This document shows, piece by piece, positions 37,464 to 48,799 of a DNA stretch of 64,000 nt. Within the stretch, counting starts at the first letter, position 1. The number at the start of each line of letters is the position of its first letter. Under the pieces are notes generated by a model that searched no databases, had not been told where the DNA came from, and was given only the letters and a program-made list of their open reading frames with translations. The stretch is from Marsupella aquatica. Lineage: Eukaryota; Plantae; Marchantiophyta. Both the position numbers and the translations under genes were made by a program. Location: positions 23,225,455 through 23,289,454 of the forward strand of contig OZ316897.1 in the NCBI GenBank assembly GCA_973895155.1. Reading direction: 5' to 3'.

Positions 37464-40400
37464 CTACTTGTCCATCCTTTGGAGATAACTTTGGACAGTT
37501 TGTAGAACATTTCGAGGAATCTTCAAACCTCTGCCCGCCATGTTTTCTTCTTTCATTCCAGATTTAAAACCATACATTGCAGAATTTGCATACTGCCAAT
37601 GTTGAGTGTTCTCACCAAACCCTGGATCGCGTTCCCACGTCTTAGTGGACATGAAACAGTTTAGATACCGTGCACTCTCAGTCACATCAAGTTTAGAGTG
37701 TTTAGGCCTCCACCATTCGACTAGAAACATTGGAGCATATTGTTGAGGCAGATGAGGGTTTGTTGAAGCAGTAGTTGGGACTTCATGCTTAGGGTCCACT
37801 GAACCCAAAGCTCTCACCAACCAGAAATGCCCTCCACCATTTTTCTTCTCCCAATCATCCTCGGGTCGAAGAAATACAAAGTTCCCTTCACGAATATCCT
37901 GTAGGGGAATCCACCGTCCTTGTTCTCTCTCAGCTTGAGATCCAACAAATGGTGTTGCTTGATCTTCCATCTCTTCCAAGACCTCATTTTGAAGAGCTGC
38001 CATCTCTGCATTCTCCTCATCATTCTTCACTTGGAGGACCACTTTGTTCTGGTTGGTTGACCTTGTAACCAGTGCCGTGGTTAGTCTTAGGCCAAAACTC
38101 ATTTTTCAAGGGAAATTGATTATTTCCCTCCCCTTCTAGTGCGAGCCCATTTGTCAACAACTCCACAATTCTCTCCCAATATTTCACAAGAGGAAATCTT
38201 TCCTTATATGCTATAGATGTCTCATCAGTGCAACTCTTTCTCAAAAAATCAAGGTACTTGTTAAGAAATGGGATAATCTCTTCAGATTTTTTGTGTATCT
38301 CTCCAATGGATTTAGCTAAGGGCTCTCCACTAGGTAAAAGAAGAGAATTTGTTGTCAGATCTGTTGCCCAAATGCACCTTCCACCAACTGGAGCCCAAGC
38401 CTGCTTTACATGAGACTTATACTGAAAAATATTGGTACATTATCTCTCATAGAGAAAAGAAATGATACGGGTTTTGAGTGACCTTGAATATCTTTAACCT
38501 TGAAAGTTTGAAGATATTCTTTGTAAGATGCAACTTCTTGTATCAATCTGGGAACTGGATGAATGCTCTCACATTCCCAAACCTCTGCCATAAGAGCAAG
38601 GAGAGTTGCAACTTCCTTGTGCTGAACTTGATATGATACCTTCAAAAAGAGTGCATCGACATCTTCATGCGTATGACCAACCATTAGAAAAGACATTTGA
38701 ACAGTTTCAAATACTCCTCTACTCACAAGCTCACTACAAAATGCCATGACAGTCTGGTTTTTGTTATCCTTTGCTGAATTATCCATTTGCAATGTTAGGT
38801 GCCTTGGCAAGGGCTTGAAAGTTGGACTGCCTTGTTCCCCATGCATGTCCCCTCCTTGATCCTCACCATGTTGGGTGGAGACCGTCTCCGTCTGACTCTC
38901 GACTGCATCTTCAGAACCAATATATATACCGATTCATTGGAATACCCTTTGGTTCCAAATATCCCTTAAAAAATGCATCAAAGTCAAGAAGGGCTTGAAA
39001 GAAAGGTCTATGAGGTTCCAAATAAAGGCCATCCAACATGTCACCTGTCTTGTCTCCATTGTACTCCTCAAGGTCTCGAAGACACTTAGCCAAGGATGTC
39101 ACCGTGAAATCGGCATCTCCTGGCCAAAGACCAGTGACACTAAAGTGTGCATAAACTCCTGGATCCCTTCCGTGGGTCAACATCCCTGTGAGAGCAATAG
39201 GTAGTGGCATTCCATGACCTGAAAGCGATTTAGGAGTACTGACCATTTTTGGAATCCACGTCTTTGCTTGATCCATCTTGTCATGAATGATGCAAAGATA
39301 TTCTCCTGGATGTTGCTTGGCCATCACTCGATGAGCATAATAAACATATCTACGTGACATTTGCTCATGAAGATGTTGCGCTCGTTTTTCTTCAATTTCA
39401 GCACGTTCTTTTTTCCTTCTTTCTCACATCAAAATATCTTTGTATTCACAACAAAGAGTACACTTGGCAAATGCGCCATCTTTATGGAAACTAAAGTTTG
39501 CGAATGATTTGCTCCAAATCTTGTACAGAGTATTCTCTGTAACTGGAGGAAGCCCCTCTTCCTTCATCTTTGTTCTCACATCTTCTAGAATCTCCAACTT
39601 CTTGTAACACGCTGGAAGACGATACTCAATGGAGTCTGTTCCATGAGCCCCAGCATAAGGTATATGAGGCATGGGCTCCGCATTTCGAGTCAAAAAATCC
39701 TCCAATAGAGCTCGCGCATGCAAGGTATTTGACCTTGTTTTCATGGAGCCTGTGTTTCCATGGAACCCAATTTTGCAACCTTCCACAGATCTCCTTTTGT
39801 AATCATAATATTTTGTGTGGCTAAAGCCATGGATGATTGCAAATGCATGTCTACATACGACCATACCCTTGAGAACATGGTGCCCCTTATCACGAACATC
39901 ATCTTCTCTATAGTGGAAGAGGTTGAAAATGTGTGATGTTTTTGACTCGCTAGACATACCGTGAAATTCTATCCGAATATCTTCTATGTCTTCTCTTGGC
40001 ATAGTCAGACAACATTTCTGCTTGCAACAATTCTCTCTTTTAATTTCATCAATCGAAGCTTCCGTTGTTTTTGAAATTGCCTTGGTTTCCAACAACCTTC
40101 TCTTCTTTTCAATCGGATCTACATGACTCCTCTTGTTGAAATTGTATGGCCTTGTGCGCGGCATTCCTTTGTCATTTATATTTGGACAGAGATCATCCCT
40201 ATCCACTGACTCCATCCTCTCTGAACCTTCAACCAAAATGTCCGACAAAAATTTCCCATTTGCAAGTAGTTTTGTTGAATCAATTCGCCATCAAACCAAA
40301 GTAATTACTCCCCTATGGATGTTGGGAAAGTATTGTGATTCCACCACATCTTTCACAGCAATCCCGACATGGTCCTCGCCAAGGATTTCATCATCAACCA

Positions 40401-41217
40401 CCACTGTTTGTTGAGGCACTGTGATAGTCCCTGTGGCAACCTTATTGGTTTGATCTGAACCAATGTATAGTTCGACCAACTCTGACATCCAATTTGACCG
40501 TTGGAAATAGTCACAATTAGTTTTAGAAATTTCAGCTGACGGAGACTCCACAACAAAACTCCGCTCTATGTCAATATTGTCACCCGCATCCGTCTTTGAG
40601 CAACTCTTTCTACTTTGGACATCCGCCACATCCCAGAGAACCCATGAGTCTTTTGCCTCGTCAATTGTTTCAGCCCCACTATGTTTGTAAGGTAAAACCC
40701 TTCTCCCATGAATGATATTAGTGACCCTCACACTGATCCGTGATTCACCAAGTAAAATGTTGTGACATCTGTCCATTGGATTTGTATTAAAAACAACTCC
40801 AAGGGCTACACAACACCCAAAGATGAACATTTCCACCTCGTCCCCTTGCCTCAGAGTAGTTGATGAGTCCTCCTCTACAATTGGGATTTTCTCCAAATTA
40901 CTCTCCAGTCAATTTGAACAACTACCTACACTGATGCGTTTTTGAGAATTTGTTGTTGTTGATAGATATGCGCATGACAAATCCCAAATAACGCAAGAAT
41001 CAATGGCATCAAAAAGGTTTTCTGCCCGAGGCATCGGAAATGGTAGTTTTGCGGTTCGGTCAAAAACTTTGTCAATGAGAACACCAATTTGATTCTCTCT
41101 CAACAATATATTTTGAACACTATCCTCCGGGTTGATTTTTTGAACTATCCCGCTTGCAACGTTGTAACCGTCAATAGTCAATATCACATTGTCGCCTCTC
41201 ACAAATATTCCCATCAT
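37464..41217 (-). pseudogene. Transposase of copy 2: ancestral ~1250-aa exon broken by TGA stops and frameshifts
   Basis: ORFs starting at 41217, 40896, 40248 and 39360 share one frame, separated by TGA codons (CGA or CGG in copy 1 where it can be compared). Same DDE motifs as copy 1. Splice acceptor tgcag near 41225. Confidence 0.85.
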
Positions 41218-41354
41218 TCTTTCACCTGCACAATTTGAAATGTAAATTATTAGTTAAAGATGATCCCAACTAGGAAGCGAAAAGTTGTCAATCCTATCCA
41301 AGGACAACGCATATGAAGCAAAAAAAAACCTGAACCTAATACTCACACTACGTC

Positions 41355-42815
41355 GATGATCCCTATCTAGCCCTAAAATCCCTTGTTACTAAATATCCAG
41401 ACATTGGACAGGGATGATCCCTGTCCAAACAACGGATAGGGATGATCCTTGTCCAAACAACGGATAAGAATGATCCCTGTCCAAATGGAGGATAGGGTGA
41501 TCCTTGTCCAAACACTGGATAGGGTGATCCTTGTCCTGAAAATGCATAGGGATGATCCCTGTCCAAAAGGCGGATACGGATGATCGTTGTCCAAAACGGT
41601 TAATAGGGATGATCCGTGAGTGTCTAAATATTAGATAGGGATGAACCCTATCCAAATGGCGGATGAAGATGATCCCTATCCAAAAGGCGGATAGAGATGA
41701 AAGAGTCCAAAAGATAGATAGGGTTGATCCTGTCCAAATTGCGGACAGGGTCAATCCCTGTCTACATGATGGATAGGGTTATATGATCCCTATCCAAAAA
41801 TATGGATAGAGATGATCCCTGTCCAAATGGCTAATAGAGATGATCCCAGTCCAAACGACAGATAGGGATGATCCCTGACCAAATGGCGGATAGAGATGAT
41901 CCTTGTCCAAATGGTTGATAGGGATGATCCCTGTCCAAATAGCTGATATGGATGATTGTTGCCCAAACGGTGGATAGGGATGATCCCTGTCCAAACAGCG
42001 GATGAAGATGATCCCTGTCCAAAAGGCGAATAGAGATGATAGAGTCCAAAAGACACATAGGGATGATCCTGTCCAAATTGCGGACAAGGATGATCCCTGT
42101 CTACATGATGGATAGGGTCATATGATCCCTGTCCAAAAAGGTGGATAGAGATGATCCCTGTCTAAATGGCTGAAAGAGATGATCCTTGTCCAAACGGCGG
42201 ATAGGGCTGATCCCTGCCCAAATGGCGGATAGAGATGATCCCTGTCCAAATGGTTGATAGGGATGATCCCTGTCCAAATGGTTGATATTGATGATCCATG
42301 TCCAAACGGCGGATAGGGCTGATCCTTGTCCAAATGGCGGATAGAGATGATCCCTGTCCAAATGGTTGATATGAATGATCCCTGTCCAAATGGTTGATAG
42401 GAATGATCCTTGTCCAAATAGCGGATATGGATGATCCCTGCCCAAATGGCGGATAGAGATGATCTTTGTCCAAATGGCGGATAGAGATGATCCCTGTCCA
42501 AACACTTGACATGGATAGGGATCATCTCTATCCAAATAGCAGACATGGACAATCCAAGTATGTGAACTTGATCTAAAGATAGTAAGATCCCTGTCCAAAT
42601 GGTGGATAGGGATGATCCCTATCCAAACACTTGACAAGGACAATCCAAGTATTTAAGTAGACTTGATCTCTAGACAATAAAATCCCTGTCCAAATGGTGG
42701 ATAGGGATGATCCCTATCCAAACAGCTGACAAGGACAATGCAAGTATTTAACACTAGAATTGATCTCTAGACAATAAAATCCCTATCCAAATGGTGGATA
42801 GGGATGATCCCTATC
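41355..42815. repeat. Tandem array of a ~28-bp unit built on the palindrome TGGATAGRGAT-G-ATCYCTRTCCA
   Basis: Dozens of units such as ggatagggatgatccctgtccaaatggc, with higher-order duplication (block near 41760-41830 repeats near 42100-42170). Confidence 0.95.
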
Positions 42816-43919
42816 GTGAGTTTCACTAGGATCTTCTCAATTCAATAAAATCAAACAACACTAGGTAACTTAGTTATATGATTTCAAAATTTGCAAATAT
42901 CAATGGAATATTTTTCAATGGAGCAATTAATTGAGAGTTACCTGTATTGGAAATGATTCTTGAACCCCAAACTCACTTGACTTTATGCTATCATTTTACT
43001 AGTCAACCAAATGACTAAAATATAGTGTTGAAGGGTAGCTATATGTAAGCTGGTTAACTAGATGCTTCAATAGTGTAGAAGGAACAAATTTTCTTGCATA
43101 TATCTAAAATAAAAGAGGAGAGGTTAAAACTGGATGTTTGGCGGTTCTTTTAAATTCCAAAGTTTCTCAATGGAGCTCCATAATAAACGGAGCTCGTTGA
43201 GAGACTGAATGAAAATCTAAGAAGGAAAATAACAATGAGGTCGCTCGCGGGGTTCTTATACCATTGTTCAAGAGGGATGGAGCGTAATTCTCGCTGTCAA
43301 AGATGAGGCAAAGCGATAAGGCGCAATCGACCTTCACCAGCGGCGGAGGGTTAGGGCTTGTTTGAGGGTTGCGCCTCACTAGTGGCCGTACTTTGCATTT
43401 GGTCTCACATAGTCGGTCGTACATCCTCGGCCTCACATCATTGGCCGTACATCATCGGCCTCCCCCCTGGGAGGGGGTAAAGGAGGCAAGAGGTCCTCTC
43501 TTGACCTCATTCTTCATTTCCTCCTCTTGTGATTCTCCTCCTTCTCCTCCGCTCCTCCTCCTCCTCTGCTCTTGCTCCTGTTGCGCTCCTCTTACTCTTG
43601 CTCCTCTTGTGCTCGATCCTCTCGCTCATCTTGATCCTCCTATGTGCTTCCGCTTCTCTTCTGCTTCCTCCTCCATTGCTACTCAGTCTCCACCGCCGCC
43701 ACATTAGTTGCCCTAGATCTAACGCCTCTTGATCCGCCATGTGTCCAGATTGCCACGTGTTCAAATATGGAGTCAAGTAGGCCTATTCAAGTGGACTTGA
43801 CTACAGAGCCAACAGAGGAGACGGATCTCTCCTCCATTGCGGACGTGGTAGACACGGCCTTGGAGGATTCTAGAGCCTTTCAGTTGCTCAACCCAAGTGA
43901 GTACCTCAAGTTTTAGGCA

Positions 43920-44420
43920 CCGGACAGAGATCATCCTTGTCCAGTTGGATAGAGATGATCTCCATCCAAGTAGACGATAGTGATGATTTCTATTAGTAAT
44001 TCGATACGGATCATTCCCATCCTGTCCAGTTGGATAGAGATGATCTTCATCCAAGTAGAGGATAGTGATGATTTCTATTAGTAATTCGATACGGATCATT
44101 CCCATCCTGTCTATGGATAGAGATCATCCCTGTCCAGTTGGATAGAGATGATCTCCATCCAAGTAGAGGATAGTGATGATTTCTATTAGTAATTCGATAC
44201 GGATCATTCCCATCCTGTCTATGGATAGAGATCATCCCTGTCCAATTGGATAGAGATGATCTCCATCCAGTGATGATTTCTATTAGTAATTCGATACGGA
44301 TCATTCCCATCTTGTCTATGGATAGAGATCATCCCTGTCCAGTTGGATAGAGATGATCTCTATCCAAGCATAGGATAGTAAAGTTGGATAGAGATGTTAG
44401 TAATTCAATACAAATCGTTA
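43920..44420. repeat. ~105-bp tandem repeats containing the same palindrome; the array resumes at 48421-48745 after the LTR-like insertion
   Basis: Units ggatagagatcatccctgtccagttggatagagatgatctccatcc...tagtaattcgatacggatcattccc. Perfect palindrome ttggatagagat-g-atctctatccaa at 44343-44367. Confidence 0.9.
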
Positions 44421-44778
44421 TGTGACGCCGCCGGTATGACGGTTAATGAGTGATTCAGTCTAACTGCGCTCGGCACGCGCGTTAGGTGGGTCTTAGGCCG
44501 CTATTATTAGCATAACGACAGTATTTAGGTAATCATTAGGGGTAGGACATCATTAGGCAATAAGGGGGACTTCAGGTTCGGGCTGGCGGCGGGTCGCTAT
44601 TCGCACACCCGGGTTACGAGCGTGGAGGGGCCCCTCCCTCGGGTCCGTATAACGAACTTAAGGAAGCGGCCACTGACGCACGCTGACTCAGACCGGCGGA
44701 GTGGCCGGTACACCACAAGCGTGAGTGGTTCAACCTATGGGCGTCGAGGAGACGTCGGGGATCGACAAGCCCTCAAAG

Positions 44779-44785
44779 TATAAAA
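44779..44785 (+). promoter_or_regulatory. TATA box of the LTR-like element
   Basis: TATAAAAGGGG ~105 bp upstream of ATG 44887, conserved in the other copy (~916-926, minus strand). Confidence 0.55.
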
Positions 44786-44886
44786 GGGGAGCCAACCCTT
44801 TGTAGTGCACCAGTCCATCAGTCCGCGCGCCAGCTTCGACCCCAGCTCTCTCGTTCTCTCTAGGTCGCCACTACTATCTCCTCTAA

Positions 44887-47388
44887 ATGTCGCACACGAT
44901 CCTCTCCAGCTCGGCCATTCGATTCTGGACGCAGTTCCTATCTACCGGAAGGCACTTGGCCGATTCATTGAAACACGCCAACCCGCGCCGATACGAGATC
45001 GAACGCGAATACGAGAGAGCCATCCGCCTAGCAGGACGACACCACTACGTCCTTAACTTTGACTACCCGTCTCAGAGCGAGCTTTACCGACCAGCTGAGG
45101 TATCTGGGTACTTCTTCAACGGAGACAAATATATCGGGTTCTGGGAAGCATTGCTTCGGCTTCCGGACGAGGTCTTCAATATCCCGGGTACAATCGACCT
45201 GCAGCGACATCACTTCGACCACATCCCTGCCCAGGTTCGGGCTGTCATTAACGGCGAGTCCAGTACCAACCGTTCGACAAGGGCATCCGCACTCGCTTCG
45301 GAGAACTTCTACCAGCACCTGCAGAGCTTCATGGGAACTCGGCCATCAACCAACATGACCAACTCAGCCGGGCCCGTACCCATACCCGTACCCGTGCCCA
45401 TGCAACCTCAGCTTCAGCTTCAGCCTCAGCCGCAGCCTAGCCAAACCCCACCACCTATCACCCAGCCAGCACAGGTACGCTCCATCATCAACGCTGTGGA
45501 TCTTAGCGATGACGACGAGGCTACCCCACCCTTGACCAGGCGGCCCAGAGGAACAAGCGCTCGGGGGGCCGACACTATATCGTCCCCACCCCCTGCTCTG
45601 ACCCCAGGAGCGGCCCCAGCAGACAACATAGTGACCGTGGCCGCCCCGGGCCCGTTACCAACCGCAGTGGCACTCCCCAGGCCCGATCGGGAGGATGGGG
45701 AAGTATCACCTTCCCCGAGTCAGTCACGGGGAAAGAAGAGGAAGGAATCCGCCACTGCATCCGGGTTACCGTTGGCCACGGTAGCCGTAGCCAAGGTGAC
45801 GATGCATCGCATGGGGGAAAACGTTCATAGCAACATCCTCCATCCCAAGCATGCGGTGTACCTGAAGACTCAGGGATTTGAGCACCTCGCCTCTCTCCCC
45901 TGGAACACTTGCAGGTACTACGGGGAGGACATGACGGAATTCGTCAAGAATTATGACGACGTACGTCAACAGACTCGGCTGCGGGGAAGGAATATGTCCC
46001 TCACAGAAGAACGGCTCAAGATGATCTTCGGGTTACCCGAAGGTGACCATCGAGTCGAATCACGGGCTCCCGGGGGCAAGGGGGCCAAGTACCAATCTTC
46101 AAGTTTTCCCTCAGAGGGATCAGTAGACAACGGGTTCGTGATGAGGACCTGCCTCATGCTCGAGATAGCTGAGCGGCTGGAGTTCCAGAGGTACGCTCTC
46201 CACATGATGGAACCCCAGGGGGAGATCTCCGCCGCCCAGGTTATCCAGGTCGAGAACTATCGACCTCGGAAATGGGCGTCGTACTTCGCTAAGAAATTCC
46301 ATGAAGAGATGGAGCGGCGAAGGAAGACGCTGTACATTGGCAGGAAGGCGTATTTTGCTAGCCACATCGAAATCATTCTTGAGTGGTACGCCCGGTTTGA
46401 TCGACGAACCCTTCCCCGCATCAACGTTACAAAGCTGGTCCCAGCTAGGTGGGTTTTTCCGGCATTGGAGAGACGGCCCCAACCCGAGGCCCGAAGTCCA
46501 GTGGACACGCCAGCTTCACCCACCCCACCTCCACAAATAGCTGTAATCGTAACCGAGGAGGCGCCGGAGGGGTCGGTCATCGCAACCGTTGATGCGACCC
46601 AACTAGCCGGGCTAAGTACAGAAGTTGGTACGACATAGGTCTTACCCGAACTCGGGTCTCCCAAGGACCCGCCGGTGGCAATTCCGGAGAACCGGACATC
46701 GCTGCAGGAGGACACTCCAGCCCCTTCCAACGTTATGTCCCCAGGGCTGGACGTCACTGCCCCGGCCCCTGCGCGTGTTGATGTCTGCCCGTGCCCAAAT
46801 CCGGACAGGCACAACTTGGACCACCCGGAACTCTTCGTACAGGGTACGTTTCTGAACGGGCTTCTGGGAGATTTCTCTCATCAAATTGCCCGGGATACCG
46901 GGGAGTTCATGGCCCGGAAGGTAGCCTGTTTCTTCAATCAGGAGTTGGTTGCCGCCGTAAAGGCAGGTCGGGCCCAGTCGGAGGCCCTTCAGAGGATAGA
47001 GCGGTACCGGGTGGAGTCCGTGTACCTAAAGAACGAAGTGGCGGCTCAAGAGGCTGAGCTTCTGCAACTACGACCCAAGGTTGCAGCCGCCGATGAGTTG
47101 TTAGCAAAGGCGTACGCTCTTACCGCCCTAGCCGAACAGGCCAAAGCTGGGAACGAGGCCGAGATTACACGACTCCGGAACCAGATTGACAGTTTGAAGA
47201 AACAAGCTGTCACCTGGCAAAAAGACCTGGAGGAGGCCGAGGAGCGAGCCCAGCGGGACGCGACGGAGATAGCCACACTGCAGGCCGAGATGGCGCGGCT
47301 CCAAACCGAGGCCGAGAAGCAGGACCAGCTGGCGAGTAAACTGACGAGCGACGCCCAGCAGCTGGAGGAGGCATGTCAGGAGGCATGA
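44887..47388 (+). pseudogene. LTR-borne ORF: N-terminal domain, Pro/Gln linker, NLS, plant-transposon-protein (Transposase_32-like) region and coiled coil; one in-frame TAG at 46636-46638
   Basis: The 583-aa and 237-aa ORFs are in the same frame. GFEHLASLPW...EFVKNY...RLRGRNMSLTEERLKMIFGLP resembles extra-ORF domains of plant LTR elements. Confidence 0.6.
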
Positions 47389-48799
47389 CGCGGCGAGGCA
47401 AGAGAACGAATCTCTGCTGGACCAGGTCCAGCTCCTCAAAGCGGACAATGACAGGCTTCGAAGGCAGCGGGATGGCCGTTCCCATTCGGGCGGCTTTGGC
47501 AAGCGTGCCAGGCATTAGCGGCAAAGTAGGAATAGATTAGGATTAGGATTGGCTTAGTCAGGCTCTTGGGACAGGCACCTGCCTTAGGTACAGCAGCGCT
47601 GCCCTGCTGTCCAGCCTGCGTAAATTAGGATCTTCTAATAAGACATAGCCGTTTTCCGGCCTGACTGTCAGCTTAGTTAGGACCTTAGTCAGCGAATCTT
47701 CAGCGTGAGGACACCCCGTTCCTCGGCTCTTAGTATTTAGTGCACCCCTCTGTAGAGGCAGGGGGGTTTTTAGTTTCAGAGTCGGACATCCGCGGGACAT
47801 GCGGGGAGTCTCGACCTCTGGGAATGACAGAGTACCAAGGGGAGGGGGTAGGACTAAGCTCGCCGGGTGAGTGCGGAGCCGGGCTCCGTTGTAGTGTGCA
47901 CCCTCGGCCTTGAACCTGTGCATTCCAGGGCTGTCGTGTCAACTAAGTGTACGCATATGTTCCCTTTGTAGTAAAATCCTTTCCCATCATTTTTCCTTCG
48001 TGTAAATCGAGATTGTATACATGTGTGCGCATATGTGTGTGGGTTTCTCGTATACGGGTGGCAGCGCCGGGCCGAACGCACTACCCGAGATGTGCACAGG
48101 GTGCAGCCTGCGGGTAAGTGGTTGCGAGCACGGGTTGAGGACCTGTATCATCGAATCCGGATCGAAGGCGGACAGCACGAAGGCTTAGAAGCCCTTAAGC
48201 CGGGGTTGATCCTGCTATCGACTAAGGTACGTTCTGGCGGTGGAACACAAACCATACCTAGGAGGTGTCCGTATGTAGCAGTATGCGCACTTAGCGCTAG
48301 TTTACGAGAATAAGGTGCATTACGTGCTTCCCTTCCTGCCCGAACCCTCAGATTTACGAGGGATGTGCCCGTCTAAGCTGAAGTCTGAGTTAAGGCCGAA
48401 GCCTACGACGTGACACGTTAACATTCTCTACTTGGATAGAGATCATCCCTGTCCAGTTGGATAGAGATGATCTCTATCCACATAGTGGGTAGAGATGATT
48501 TAAAGTTTTTAAAAGGTTTTGGATCTTTCTCGTCCTTTGCCCCATCATCCGCCTAGATAGAGATCATCCCTTTGTAGTTCTCTATCCAAGCAAAGGGTAG
48601 TGATGATTTGAATTAGTAATTGCATATAGATCATTCCTATCCTATGACTGAAATCATCTCTGTCCAGTTGGACAGGGATGATCTCTATCCAAGGAAGGGA
48701 GAGTGACCTCTAGTTGGAATCGGATAGAGATCATCTCTGTCCAAACTTATAGAGAACCCCAAATTTCCAGTGACAAAACTAATAACCAGGTCAGAGGTG

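Larger units (their letters stand above)
44421..48415 (+). mobile_element. 3995-bp solo-LTR-like element containing a long ORF
   Basis: Starts TGTGACG, ends CGTGACA, flanked by a perfect 5-bp TSD CGTTA (44416-44420 and 48416-48420). No internal LTR pair and no gag/pol seen. Confidence 0.88.

Noticed and set aside
41363-42643. Repetitive ORFs (DRDHPYPPFGQG...)
   Set aside because: Translations of the tandem array, open in several frames, with no evidence of coding.
41355-42815. CRISPR-like array of palindromic repeats
   Set aside because: Sequences between palindromes are only a few bases and are themselves repeated. No unique spacers, no cas genes, eukaryotic context.
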